20,221 bases of DNA from Pseudomonadota bacterium (GTDB lineage: Bacteria; Desulfobacterota; Desulfobacteria; Desulfobacterales; JBDRRP01), in assembly GCA_043825735.1 (NCBI GenBank), contig JBDRRP010000139.1:126001-146221 (forward strand), given 5' to 3'. This document shows, one piece after another, positions 8,378 to 16,881 of this stretch (position 1 is its first letter; the number at the start of each line of letters is the position of its first letter). The notes below the pieces were generated by a model that saw only the letters and a program-made list of their open reading frames with translations, was not told where the DNA came from and searched no databases. A program made the position numbers and the translations under genes.

Positions 8378-9588
8378 TGGCGGCCTCCTTTTTGTTCGCC
8401 GGCAGCCGATATGGGCTTGACGGCCTCAACGGTTGCCGAGGCCACCAGGCCGGCGAGTTTTTCGTAGCCGGGCATCTGCGAGAGTACGCGTCGGCTTTCA
8501 GCCTCCCGCGGCGCGATGCGGACGTCCTCGAAACCCGCCACGGCCAGTGCCCCGGTGAGCTCATCCACCGTGGCCGCCCCGCCGATACAGGCGGCGACCT
8601 GGTCCATGTCGCCACTGATGGCCTCCGGCAGTTCGCTCAAGGCCACCATGTCGCTCATGGCCAGTCGCCCGCCGGGTTTGAGTACCCGGAACGCATCCTT
8701 GAAAACGGCCGACTTGTCCGGTGACAGATTGACCACGCAGTTGGAGATGATCACATCGATGGTAGCGTCTGCCACCGGCAGATGCTCGATTTCTCCCAGA
8801 CGGAAGCTGACGGTGGGGGCGCCTGCGGACGCGGCGTTTTTTCGGGCGCGGGTGATCATGTCGGGGGTCATGTCCACGCCGATGACCGACCCGGCGGGCC
8901 CCACTGCCCGGGCCGCCAGGAAGCAGTCGAACCCGCCCCCGCTGCCCAGATCCAGCACGGCTTCGCCGGGGCGCAGCGCCGCGATGGCGCCGGGATTGCC
9001 GCAACCCAGCCCCAGATTGGCGCCGTCGACCCCGATCGCGGTATCCTCGGCCGTGTACCCCACGGCCCGGGCATAGGCATTGGCATCCTGGATCAGCGAG
9101 GTTCCGGCACCGCAGCCGCAGCCGCAGGCGGCTGCGCTGGCCTTGGCGGTGGAAGTGCGGGCGATATCACCGTAGACGTTACGGACATTGGCGCGGATGG
9201 CATCGGCACTAATGGGTGTTCTCATGGCGTTCTCCTTTTCGGGTTGTGTGGCTGGGGTGGTTGTCGCTGGTCTGCGGTCGGCGGCATGAAAGATGTCGGC
9301 CATGGTTTTGAATCGGTGACTGTCGAATCGGCAGTCGACGGTGTCTGCATCCACGCTCACGTGGACCAGTCCGGCCTTTTTTAGAATTGCGAGGTGATCG
9401 GTGACGGTCTTCAGTCCAAGCCCGGTGCCCGCTGCCGCGTCTGCGACCCAGGCAAGGGCCTGATCCGGGGTCATGCGGATGGCAGCGCCGCGGCAGCAGG
9501 CCATGAGGCGCAGATAGACCGACAAGCGGTCGGGATCGCTGAGGGTATCGAAGAGGGCGGCGGTTTCATCCGGTAGGGGTGCTGGCAT
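8374..9588 (-). CDS. arsM: Arsenite S-adenosylmethionine methyltransferase ArsM, in frame with an N-terminal ArsR-like wHTH domain (internal start also at 9225)
   Basis: ArsM motifs CGCGCG, NLGLGCGNP, VLDLGSGGGFDC, IGVDMT, DVIISNCVVNLSPDK, RVLKPGGR and AACIGGA. Start MPAPL at 9588 has RBS AAGGAGG. A second in-frame ATG (MRTPIS, 9225) has RBS AAGGAGA. Confidence 0.88.
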   Translation of the reverse strand: MPAPLPDETAALFDTLSDPDRLSVYLRLMACCRGAAIRMTPDQALAWVADAAAGTGLGLKTVTDHLAILKKAGLVHVSVDADTVDCRFDSHRFKTMADIFHAADRRPATTTPATQPEKENAMRTPISADAIRANVRNVYGDIARTSTAKASAAACGCGCGAGTSLIQDANAYARAVGYTAEDTAIGVDGANLGLGCGNPGAIAALRPGEAVLDLGSGGGFDCFLAARAVGPAGSVIGVDMTPDMITRARKNAASAGAPTVSFRLGEIEHLPVADATIDVIISNCVVNLSPDKSAVFKDAFRVLKPGGRLAMSDMVALSELPEAISGDMDQVAACIGGAATVDELTGALAVAGFEDVRIAPREAESRRVLSQMPGYEKLAGLVASATVEAVKPISAAGEQKGGRQ

Positions 9589-9606
9589 AAAGCCTCCTTG
9601 TTTTAG

Positions 9607-9631
9607 TGTTCGACATGTTTCGAACAATAAG
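9607..9631. promoter_or_regulatory. Putative ArsR operator, copy 2 (upstream of the ArsR-like/arsM ORF)
   Basis: TGTTCGACATGTTTCGAACAATAAG; inverted repeat TGTTCGA-N6-TCGAACA; identical to 9965-9989. Confidence 0.75.
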
Positions 9632-9653
9632 GGTAAAAAAAAGCGTTTCCGAT

Positions 9654-9974
9654 TCACTTCAGGGCAAAAAATCGATGGAGCATGGCGATTTTTTCAGGAT
9701 CCACCCAGCACTCGATTTTCTGGCCGTCGCGCCGGGTGCGTATCAGACCCACCCGCCGCAATTCCTTGATGTGGTGGGAGACCGTGGATTTAACGATGTC
9801 CAGGGACTCGCCGAGTTCACCGATGTAGGCACTGCCCTGGTCTTCGAGAACCCCGATGGTTCCCGGAGTGCAGCAGGTGGCAAGTTGATGGAAAATCTGC
9901 AGCCGGTTGGGGTTTGACAGCGCCTTGAAAATGTCGGCGAGGTCTTCGATATTAGCGATCTCATTGTTCGACAT
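9654..9974 (-). CDS. arsR: ArsR/SmtB-family transcriptional repressor
   Basis: LADIFKALSNPNRLQIF, vicinal CC, STVSHHIKELRRVGLI (wHTH); directly upstream of arsM. Confidence 0.9.
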   Translation of the reverse strand: MSNNEIANIEDLADIFKALSNPNRLQIFHQLATCCTPGTIGVLEDQGSAYIGELGESLDIVKSTVSHHIKELRRVGLIRTRRDGQKIECWVDPEKIAMLHRFFALK

Positions 9975-10010
9975 GTTTCGAACAATAAGATAACCTCACA
10001 GACCTGTCAA
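9963..10010 (-). promoter_or_regulatory. Sigma70 promoter of arsR with overlapping palindromic operator (copy 1); probably leaderless
   Basis: Minus strand reads TTGACA(10010-10005)-17 nt-TATTGT(9987-9982)-TCGAAAC-ATG. Palindrome ATTGTTCGA-CATGTT-TCGAACAAT (9963-9986) covers the -10 and the start codon. No Shine-Dalgarno. Confidence 0.75.
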
Positions 10011-10109
10011 GGGATATTTGCGTGGTGGGGGATAGGGCACGGTGCGCGGTGAACGGGTAAAGATCGATTCTCGAATTCCGAATTGCGCCTATACGGCTTA
10101 AAAGAGACA

Positions 10110-10250
10110 GGGATTGAGGGATTAGAAAAACAACAATTTCAGATTTTTTTCGCGCAGCGGCCCATATCCTGTTGATCCAGTAAATCCTGTCAATTATCGC
10201 AGTTGCCCTTCGGCCGCCTTGTCCGCCGTAGCCTTGGCGAAGGTGGAAGG
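10110..10250 (-). repeat. Cluster D of modular intergenic repeats
   Basis: GGGATTGAGGGATT; (ATCCTG/ATCCAG)x3 with 9-nt period at 10165-10190; GCAGTTGCCCTTCGGCCGCC; hairpin TCCGCCGTAGCCTTGGCGAAGGTGGA (10222-10247), reverse-homologous to 6381-6410. Confidence 0.65.
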
Positions 10251-10299
10251 CCGCCACTTCACCGGTGTCATCTGCGGTCAATTCACCCGCAGACAACCC

Positions 10300-10629
10300 T
10301 TATGTGTCCTGAAGGATGGCGCGGCGCTGCTCCTCCTTGATGAGGGCCGCCGGCAGGGGCTCGGCGAGGCTGATGCCCACCTCGCCGTTTTGCTGCCACT
10401 GGACGTCGGCGTCAATGTCGATGGCGCCGCCGCCGAGAAGGGAGATCCGTGCCTGGAAGGATTGTGCCAGGGGCAGGCGGGAGGGGTTGTGAAAACGAAT
10501 ACCGCTTTCACTGATGTCGATGATCTCAAAGCGCGCGTCCGCCGTCAGCAGCGCGGGGCGCCGACCCGGGCCGTAGGCCAGGCGGATATAGGTGCGCCGG
10601 TTGGTGCTGGATTCAAAGGCGGCGGTCAT
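10300..10629 (-). CDS. PilZ-domain (c-di-GMP-binding) protein
   Basis: NRRTYIR (RxxxR) and IIDISESG (DxSxxG), followed by ADVQW...VGI; 109 aa single domain. Confidence 0.82.
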   Translation of the reverse strand: MTAAFESSTNRRTYIRLAYGPGRRPALLTADARFEIIDISESGIRFHNPSRLPLAQSFQARISLLGGGAIDIDADVQWQQNGEVGISLAEPLPAALIKEEQRRAILQDT

Positions 10630-10744
10630 AAATGGACACCCGGATTCACAGACATCGTCCTTGCCTTAGAAACCCGGCGCTGCGCGCAGAGTTTCAGGAG
10701 AAAAACATGGTCCCTTAAGGCGGTTTCACGTCCGTTCAGTCTCA

Positions 10745-11125
10745 CTAAGGACGCTGGGCGTTTTCGAGCAGGTCGTCCAGGTCTTTTGTCGACATGGACT
10801 GCCATGGTTCAGTAGGCTTAAACTGCATCATGGAGCGCACCCCCGGGGTAAAGACTTTGCCGGCGGTCAGCTCCGGTGCCGGAAGCCGGTAAATGAGGTC
10901 TTCCCCCAGCTCGAGGATGAGATCGAGACTGCCGTGGTTTTCCAGCAGCGCGACCATCTTGTAGTTCTCAACCCGCCCGGAGCCCTTCAACTGGCGCATG
11001 CCGGTGCTATCTGCGTAGATATCGATGACCGCACGATCGACGGGCTCAATGCCGTTGTCGGGTGAAACGAGAAAGGCGCGTACTACCAAATATTCGCCTT
11101 CGCGAAAGGGGATCCACTGCTTCAC
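10745..11125 (-). CDS. Hypothetical protein (126 aa)
   Basis: Natural amino-acid composition; GTG start overlapping the upstream stop (GTGA) with GGAGG RBS. Confidence 0.7.
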   Translation of the reverse strand: MKQWIPFREGEYLVVRAFLVSPDNGIEPVDRAVIDIYADSTGMRQLKGSGRVENYKMVALLENHGSLDLILELGEDLIYRLPAPELTAGKVFTPGVRSMMQFKPTEPWQSMSTKDLDDLLENAQRP

Positions 11126-11310
11126 GACGGAGCCTCCCCTTTCAAGGTTCCCAGTGTATTCACATCGCAGATGTCAAACTGTTTACCGCAGCCGCCGCAG
11201 ACCATCTCGCAGGCGTTCGGGGTGCGGCTGCGTCGTTTTTTCAAAGGATACCGGCATTCCGGGCATTTCAGGGCATCGGTCTCCGTGTCGTGTGCGTCGT
11301 GTGTGTTCAT
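11122..11310 (-). CDS. Small zinc-ribbon-like protein (62 aa)
   Basis: CPEC...CGGC pairs; GGAG RBS; coupled to the downstream ORF. Confidence 0.6.
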   Translation of the reverse strand: MNTHDAHDTETDALKCPECRYPLKKRRSRTPNACEMVCGGCGKQFDICDVNTLGTLKGEAPS

Positions 11311-11458
11311 GAGTTACTCCAGGGCAATTGAAAAGATGCCATCTGTGGATGGACACTCTAACCACATATCAGAACGCGGACCTTGTGCAACGCTTTTTTA
11401 GGCATTAGGCTGTGCCATTGTTCTATCGAAGGTCCGGGCTGAACGAAAGGGTGGTCAC

Positions 11459-12271
11459 GTGGGGGCATTCCGTCAAGAGATACGCATGATTATTGACCAC
11501 CTCTATGCGCAGGGAACGCGTCGGTATCTCATGCCGGCGCCGACTGGAAACGCCCTGGTGCGCAGTGTGGTGGCGTTTTTGCTGCGCCCGTCAGCCAGCG
11601 GCGGCGCGGAGCTCGTGCTGACCCGCCGCTCAGACCGGGTGCGCCAGCCCGGTGATCTGTGCTGCCCGGGGGGCGGTGCAGAACCGCGCATGGATGCGGC
11701 GATCGCGCGATTGTTGCGGCTTCCCGGTACCCCCCTCACCCGGTGGCCGCTCTGGGGCCGCTGGCGCAAGGACACCGGCTCAGACGGCCATGAACTGGCC
11801 GCGCTCATGGCCACCGCCCTGCGGGAGAGCTTCGAAGAAATCCGCCTGCTGCCTTTCGGGGTGCGCTTTCTGGGGGTGTTGCCGGCCCAGGAGCTCGTGC
11901 TCTTCAAGCGGGCCATCATACCGGTGGTCTACTGGGTGCCGCGGCAGCGGCGGTTCAGGCCTAACTGGGAAGTGGACGCCATGGTATCGATTCCCATCGC
12001 GCAATTGCTGTCTCCCGGCGGCTATATCTGTTACCGGCTGCGGTTTACGGACGGGGTGAGACATCCCATTACAGGCACGGCGATCAAGGATTTTCATGGC
12101 TTCAGGGTGGAAGGCGGCCCGGATGGCACGGTTGTGCTCTGGGGGGCCACACTCAGAATGGCGTTGGATTATCTGAGGATCGTTCATAACTTTGTGCCTC
12201 CGGCGCTGGGGCAGCTGCCCGTGGTGGCCCGCGCCATCGGAAGCGATTACCTCACGGGCAATGGGCGTTGA
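11459..12271 (+). CDS. Nudix hydrolase (CoA-pyrophosphatase-like) with an insertion inside the Nudix box; start uncertain
   Basis: LVLTRRSDRVRQPGDLCCPGG...TALRESFEEI, PNWEV and VLWGAT. Confidence 0.78.
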   Translation: MGAFRQEIRMIIDHLYAQGTRRYLMPAPTGNALVRSVVAFLLRPSASGGAELVLTRRSDRVRQPGDLCCPGGGAEPRMDAAIARLLRLPGTPLTRWPLWGRWRKDTGSDGHELAALMATALRESFEEIRLLPFGVRFLGVLPAQELVLFKRAIIPVVYWVPRQRRFRPNWEVDAMVSIPIAQLLSPGGYICYRLRFTDGVRHPITGTAIKDFHGFRVEGGPDGTVVLWGATLRMALDYLRIVHNFVPPALGQLPVVARAIGSDYLTGNGR

Positions 12272-12284
12272 TGGGGAGACGCCG

Positions 12285-12515
12285 AATTGAGGGATTTAGG
12301 GATTGGCGGCCTGCGGCCGAAGGGCAACGGCAAAAATTTGGCACGGATTACACGGATTGCACGGTGAAGCGCGGCCTGCGGCCGGAGGGCAACGACAACG
12401 GCTAAAACCAAGACCGCTTCTCGCGCTGAGACGCAGGGGCGCGGGGAAACCCTTTAGAGGTATTTTTCTCAGCGTCTTTGCGCCTCCGCGCGAGACCAGG
12501 GTGTTTGCCGTTGGT
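12285..12515 (+). repeat. Cluster B of modular intergenic repeats
   Basis: GAGGGATTTAGGGATT; GCGGCCTGCGGCCG at 12306 and 12371, each followed by GGGCAACG; (CACGGATT)-type x3 at 12341-12364; inverted pair CTCGCGCTGAGACGCA... / ...TGCGCCTCCGCGCGAG at 12420-12494. Confidence 0.8.
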
Positions 12516-12600
12516 TGTTAGCTCTGAATCGGATGTGTCATGATTCGGACAGAAGGGATTTTCTTCAGTTTTCGGATGTTAATCTATTAGGACAAAGACA

Positions 12601-13587
12601 ATGACCAAAACGGCGTTCGTAACCGGCGGCACCGGTTTTCTGGGCCGCAACCTTATCGAGCAACTCGTCAAGCAGCGGTGGTCGGTAGTGGCTATCAACC
12701 GTTCCGAGCCGCCACCGCCCCATCTGAGTCATGATGCCATCACCACGGTACCGGCCGATGTGCTTGACGCCGGGGCGATGGTCGACGCCATGCCCGAGGC
12801 CGTGGACGCCGTCTTTCACGTGGCCGGCAACACATCCACCTGGTCACGGCACAACGACATTCAGTACCGGGTCAACGTGGAAGGCACCCGCAATGTGGTG
12901 GCGGCCGCCCAGCGGCGAGGGGCGCGGCGATTTATCCACACCTCCACCTGGAACGTCTACGGCTTCTGGCAGCCGGTCATTTCAGAGGAAAGTCCCCAGA
13001 TGGGGATCAGCTCGCCGGTGAACTATGACCGCACAAAGGCTCAGGCCGAGAAAGAAGTGCGCGCGGCCGTGGACCGAGGCCTGGATGCGGTAATCATCAA
13101 CCCTTCTCACATTATCGGCCGCTACGATCCGGCCAACTGGTCCCGGATGGTGCGCATGGTGGCTGAAAACCGGCTGCCGGGAGTGCCCCCGGGCGCCGGG
13201 AGTTTTTGTCATGCCGAGCAGGTGGCTCTGGCGCACATCGCCGCGGTGGACCGGGGTCGGACCGGGAAAAACTACCTGCTGGGCGGCACCGACGCCACGT
13301 TTCTCGAAGTGGTGGCCGCCATCGGAAAGATCACCGGGAAAAAGGTTCCCTCGCGCCCGCTGCCGGCCATGGCCGTCAAGCTCGTAGGGCGCTGGCAGGC
13401 CATGGTGGCCGCGGTGAGCGGTCGGCCGCCGGAGATCAGCCCCGAAGGGGCCATGCTGGTCAGCGCCGCGCCGCACATTGTCTCCGAGCGGGCCCAGCGG
13501 GAGCTGGGCTATCGCCCCGTGCCGCTGGAGACCATGCTCCAGGACTGCTGGCAGTGGCTGCTTTCTGAAGGTTTAGTGAAACTGTGA
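12601..13587 (+). CDS. NAD-dependent epimerase/dehydratase (extended SDR, dihydroflavonol-reductase/HpnA-like)
   Basis: AFVTGGTGFLG, VFHVAG, VNVEGTRNV, catalytic YDRTK, VIINPS. Confidence 0.9.
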   Translation: MTKTAFVTGGTGFLGRNLIEQLVKQRWSVVAINRSEPPPPHLSHDAITTVPADVLDAGAMVDAMPEAVDAVFHVAGNTSTWSRHNDIQYRVNVEGTRNVVAAAQRRGARRFIHTSTWNVYGFWQPVISEESPQMGISSPVNYDRTKAQAEKEVRAAVDRGLDAVIINPSHIIGRYDPANWSRMVRMVAENRLPGVPPGAGSFCHAEQVALAHIAAVDRGRTGKNYLLGGTDATFLEVVAAIGKITGKKVPSRPLPAMAVKLVGRWQAMVAAVSGRPPEISPEGAMLVSAAPHIVSERAQRELGYRPVPLETMLQDCWQWLLSEGLVKL

Positions 13588-13662
13588 GCTTGCGCCAAAA
13601 GCCATTTCTGGTTATGCACCAAACTTGAATATATGGGTGAAAGGCGTTTGGAGCCACCAATT

Positions 13663-13798
13663 TTGATGAAACCGTAAAAATTGGTTTTGAACCGCAGAGA
13701 CCACAGAGATCGCAGAGAATATGCTGAATGATTTGCAAGTTATCTCTGCGCTCTCTGCGTCCTCTGTGGTGATTTCAGACTTTTTACGAGAGTATCAA
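13663..13798. mobile_element. 136-bp MITE-like palindromic element, copy 1
   Basis: Termini TTGATGAAACCGTAAAAA ... TTTTTACGAGAGTATCAA; inner (CRCAGAGA)x3 versus (CTCTGYG)x3; second copy at 16882-17017. Confidence 0.72.
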
Positions 13799-13838
13799 TC
13801 TTGTATTCACCATCAACCCAACAGACCAAGGAGGGGCA

Positions 13839-14258
13839 ATGGGCGATTGTATCTTCTGCAAGATCGTTAAAGGGGATATCCCCTGCACCAAAGTATACGA
13901 AACCGACCGCGTGCTGGCCTTTGCCGACATCAACCCCATCGCCGACGGGCACACCCTCGTGATTCCAAAGGCGCATGCCGAAAACATCTGGGAGATCTCT
14001 CCGGAGGATCTTGCCGCCATCCACTTGGCGGCGCAAAAAGTGGCCGGCGGAATCAGAGAGGCGCTCAAACCCAACGGCGTGGCCGCCCTCCAGCTCAACG
14101 GCAGCGGGGTCGGCCAGGTGGTGATGCACTACCACCTGCATCTGGTGCCCCGCCCCGAAGGCGCAAAGCCGCTGCCTATCAGCCATTGGGACCTGGCACC
14201 CGGGGACATGTCAAAAATTCAGGACATCGCCGGGCGGATTGCCGCCATGATCGGATGA
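13839..14258 (+). CDS. HIT-family nucleotide hydrolase
   Basis: DCIFCKIV, LAFADINP..GHTLVIPK, GQVVMHYHLHLVPR (HxHxH); RBS GGAGG. Confidence 0.93.
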   Translation: MGDCIFCKIVKGDIPCTKVYETDRVLAFADINPIADGHTLVIPKAHAENIWEISPEDLAAIHLAAQKVAGGIREALKPNGVAALQLNGSGVGQVVMHYHLHLVPRPEGAKPLPISHWDLAPGDMSKIQDIAGRIAAMIG

Positions 14259-14284
14259 TTGTGACTGTTCGGGGGTAATGATCG

Positions 14285-14992
14285 GTGTCCGCTGGAGGAA
14301 AATCGACAGGTGCGCCGTTGAAGGCGGCGTCGGCGATGATGACGCCCCGGCGTGATGAGCGCCTCTACCGGCTGGTGCGTCTTGCGGCCAGGATGGTGCT
14401 GGCGCCGGGATTTCGGCTCGAGGTGAGCGGCACCGAGAAGATCCCCACTGACAGCGCCTACGTACTGCTGCCCAAGCATCAACGCTGGCAGGATATTCCG
14501 CTTTTGGGGATGTGTGTGCCGAAACCGCTTTACTTTGTGGCCAAGCATGGGCTGTTTGCGCCCGTCGCCGCCGGTTGGTTTTTCAAGCGGCTGGGCGGTA
14601 TTCCACTTAACCGGGAGCGGCCCCTTGAGAGCCGGCGATACCTCAGCCGGGTGGTGCGGGTGCTGGAGCGCGCCGAGGGGCTCGTGGTCTTTCCCGAAGG
14701 CACTTACTGTCCCGGTGCCGTGGGACCTCCAAAGACCGGTGTGGTGCGCTTCGTGTTAAACCGGCTCGCGCTGCCGTTCATCCCCGTGGGGATTCACTAC
14801 TATCCCAACGGATTGCGCACGCGGGCGGCCGTCCGGTTCGGGGACCCGCTGCTGGCGGAGCCCTCCGAGTCGGGTGCTGCCTTTGTCGCGCGGATCATGG
14901 GGCATATCGCCCGTTTGTCGGATATGGAAGAAAACGGCGCCTCGAGTTATGAACCGCGGGCTGGCGCCAACCAGGAGAGAAACGATGAGTGA
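14285..14992 (+). CDS. Lysophospholipid (PlsC-like) acyltransferase; start uncertain (alternative ATG at 14336)
   Basis: KHQRWQD (HxxxxD), FVAK, LGGIPLNR, VVFPEGT, FIPVGI. Confidence 0.85.
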   Translation: MSAGGKSTGAPLKAASAMMTPRRDERLYRLVRLAARMVLAPGFRLEVSGTEKIPTDSAYVLLPKHQRWQDIPLLGMCVPKPLYFVAKHGLFAPVAAGWFFKRLGGIPLNRERPLESRRYLSRVVRVLERAEGLVVFPEGTYCPGAVGPPKTGVVRFVLNRLALPFIPVGIHYYPNGLRTRAAVRFGDPLLAEPSESGAAFVARIMGHIARLSDMEENGASSYEPRAGANQERNDE

Positions 14993-15596
14993 GATGATCG
15001 AAAACCCGGAAGACTACTTTCGCCAGTTCGTTCCCGAGCGGCGGCAGGTGTTCACATTGATGGAGGAAGAGGCCGCAAAGGAAGATATCCCCATCGTGGG
15101 ACCGGTAGTGGGAGAGCTGCTCTACATTCTCGTTCGGGCGATCAAGGCCCGCCGGGTGCTGGAGCTGGGAACGGCCACCGGGTATTCGGCGCTGTACATG
15201 GGCTTCGCCCTGGATGTGGACGGCCGGTTGACGAGTCTGGAATCGGATCCGGCACTGGCCGACCGGGCGCGGGAGCGCATCCGGCAAGCGGGTCTTGAGG
15301 AAAGGGTGGAAGTGATCACCGGAGACGCCGTGGCCATCATGTCGAACATGAAGGAAAATTTCGATTTTCTTTTCCTGGACATCGAAAAGGCAGACTATCT
15401 CAAGGTGCTGCCCCAGTGCCGGCGGGTACTGCGCTCCGGGGGCGTCATGGTCGCAGACAACACGGGTTTTGCCGACGCCGACCGATTCAATCGCGGCATC
15501 TACATCGATCCGGGCTGGAAAGTGGTCAATCTCTTTTCTTTCCTGCCCGGGCATTCCCCGGAGCGCGACGGACTGTGTATCGCGCTGCGAAGATAG
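14985..15596 (+). CDS. Class I SAM-dependent O-methyltransferase (COMT/YrrM-like)
   Basis: IPIVGPVVGELL, RVLELGTATGYSA, FDFLFLDIEK, GGVMVADN. Start MSEMIE at 14985 after AGGAGA. Confidence 0.9.
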   Translation: MSEMIENPEDYFRQFVPERRQVFTLMEEEAAKEDIPIVGPVVGELLYILVRAIKARRVLELGTATGYSALYMGFALDVDGRLTSLESDPALADRARERIRQAGLEERVEVITGDAVAIMSNMKENFDFLFLDIEKADYLKVLPQCRRVLRSGGVMVADNTGFADADRFNRGIYIDPGWKVVNLFSFLPGHSPERDGLCIALRR

Positions 15597-15609
15597 ACAC
15601 TGAAAAAAG

Positions 15610-15995
15610 CCAGACGGCAGACGGCAGAAAAAGGCAAAAGACATTGAACCGCGAAGGGCGCGAAGGACGCAAAGTGTTGTCCGAATCGGGTCGCCGGGAA
15701 AAAAGCCTCCCGGCTCACGATTCGAACAAAGTGTGCCATGCCCTTCGGGCATGTTAAACACCCAGTGCCTCAGTGATGTTGCTTCTATGCGCAACCATCC
15801 GCAATTAATCCGCCCTTGCCGTTGCTGTTCGGCCGCAGGCCGCCCATCTGCGTTATCTGTGTCGCTTTTTAAGCCGTGTAGGCGCAATCTGCGGTTAATT
15901 CTCTTTCGCTGTCCGGCCGCAGGCCGCCCACCTATTGGTTTTAATCTGTGAAAATCTGTGTAATCTGTGGATAAACCGCCTTTCGCAGTTGCCGT
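15610..15995 (-). repeat. Cluster C of modular intergenic repeats (largely inverse of cluster A)
   Basis: CGGCCGCAGGCCGCC at 15830 and 15914; (AATCTGTG)x3 at 15942-15969; 15913-15992 is a close reverse-complement copy of 6281-6359; also CAGACGG x2 and (CGCGAAG)-type x3; hairpin CATGCCC-TTC-GGGCATG near 15737-15753. Confidence 0.8.
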
Positions 15996-16091
15996 TAAGC
16001 CGTGTTTTACATCAGGGCGCCGATCTGCTAATTCCCACCAATCGCCCGGCTGCGGGCACCACAGAACCCAACATAAAGGACACATGACACG

Positions 16092-16862
16092 ATGCAAGGC
16101 CCGACACCCGGCTCCCATGCCGGCCAGATCCTCTCGGACACCGACACCTTCACCTTCGCCTGCCACCCCGGCGTGCCCTGCTACACCCGGTGCTGCCGGG
16201 GCGCTGACATGTACCTCTATCCCTACGATGTGATCCGGCTGAAAAACCGCCTGGGAATGGATTCGGACGCCTTTTTAGAGCGGCACACCGAAACGGCGCT
16301 CAGGGACAACCCGTATTTTCCCAGTGTCATGCTCAAGATGACCGACGCCGATGATGCGGCCTGCCCCTTTCTCACCGCCGCCGGTTGCACGGTCTACGAG
16401 GACCGGCCGTTTTCGTGCCGCGCCTACCCCATCGAGCGGGGCGTGGGACGCAGCGGCGCCGAGGGCCGGAAAATAGACTTTTATTCCATCGCCCGCCATG
16501 ACCACTGCAAGGGGCACCGGGAAAAACAGGTCTGGACCGTGGGCGCGTGGCTGGCAGACCAGGGCGTTGCCGATTACAACGCGGCCAACGATTTGTGGGT
16601 GGATGTGGACAGTCTCTTTCGCAAGAACCCCTGGGGCGAAAAGGGCCTGGCCAGTCCGGCGTTCGGCATGGCCTTCATGGCCTGCTTCAACAGCGACCGG
16701 TTCCGCCGCTTTGTCTTCGAGAGCACGTTTTTGTCCCGTTTTGAGGTCGCCCCCGAGCGTCTGGACCAGATGAAAACCGATGATGCGGCGCTGATGCGCT
16801 TTGGCTTCGACTGGGTGCGGTTTCTGCTGACCGGTGCCGGAACGCTGACGCCGAAGGCTTAA
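16092..16862 (+). CDS. YkgJ-family cysteine-cluster (CxxCxxCC, putative Fe-S/Zn) protein
   Basis: FACHPGVPCYTRCC, LYPYD, CPFL...GCTVYEDRPFSCRAYP. Confidence 0.85.
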   Translation: MQGPTPGSHAGQILSDTDTFTFACHPGVPCYTRCCRGADMYLYPYDVIRLKNRLGMDSDAFLERHTETALRDNPYFPSVMLKMTDADDAACPFLTAAGCTVYEDRPFSCRAYPIERGVGRSGAEGRKIDFYSIARHDHCKGHREKQVWTVGAWLADQGVADYNAANDLWVDVDSLFRKNPWGEKGLASPAFGMAFMACFNSDRFRRFVFESTFLSRFEVAPERLDQMKTDDAALMRFGFDWVRFLLTGAGTLTPKA

Positions 16863-16881
16863 AAAGCTTTCGATACCAACG

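Noticed and set aside
14895..16166. 423-aa minus-strand ORF
   Set aside because: Antisense to the O-methyltransferase and running through repeat cluster C; no recognisable domain.
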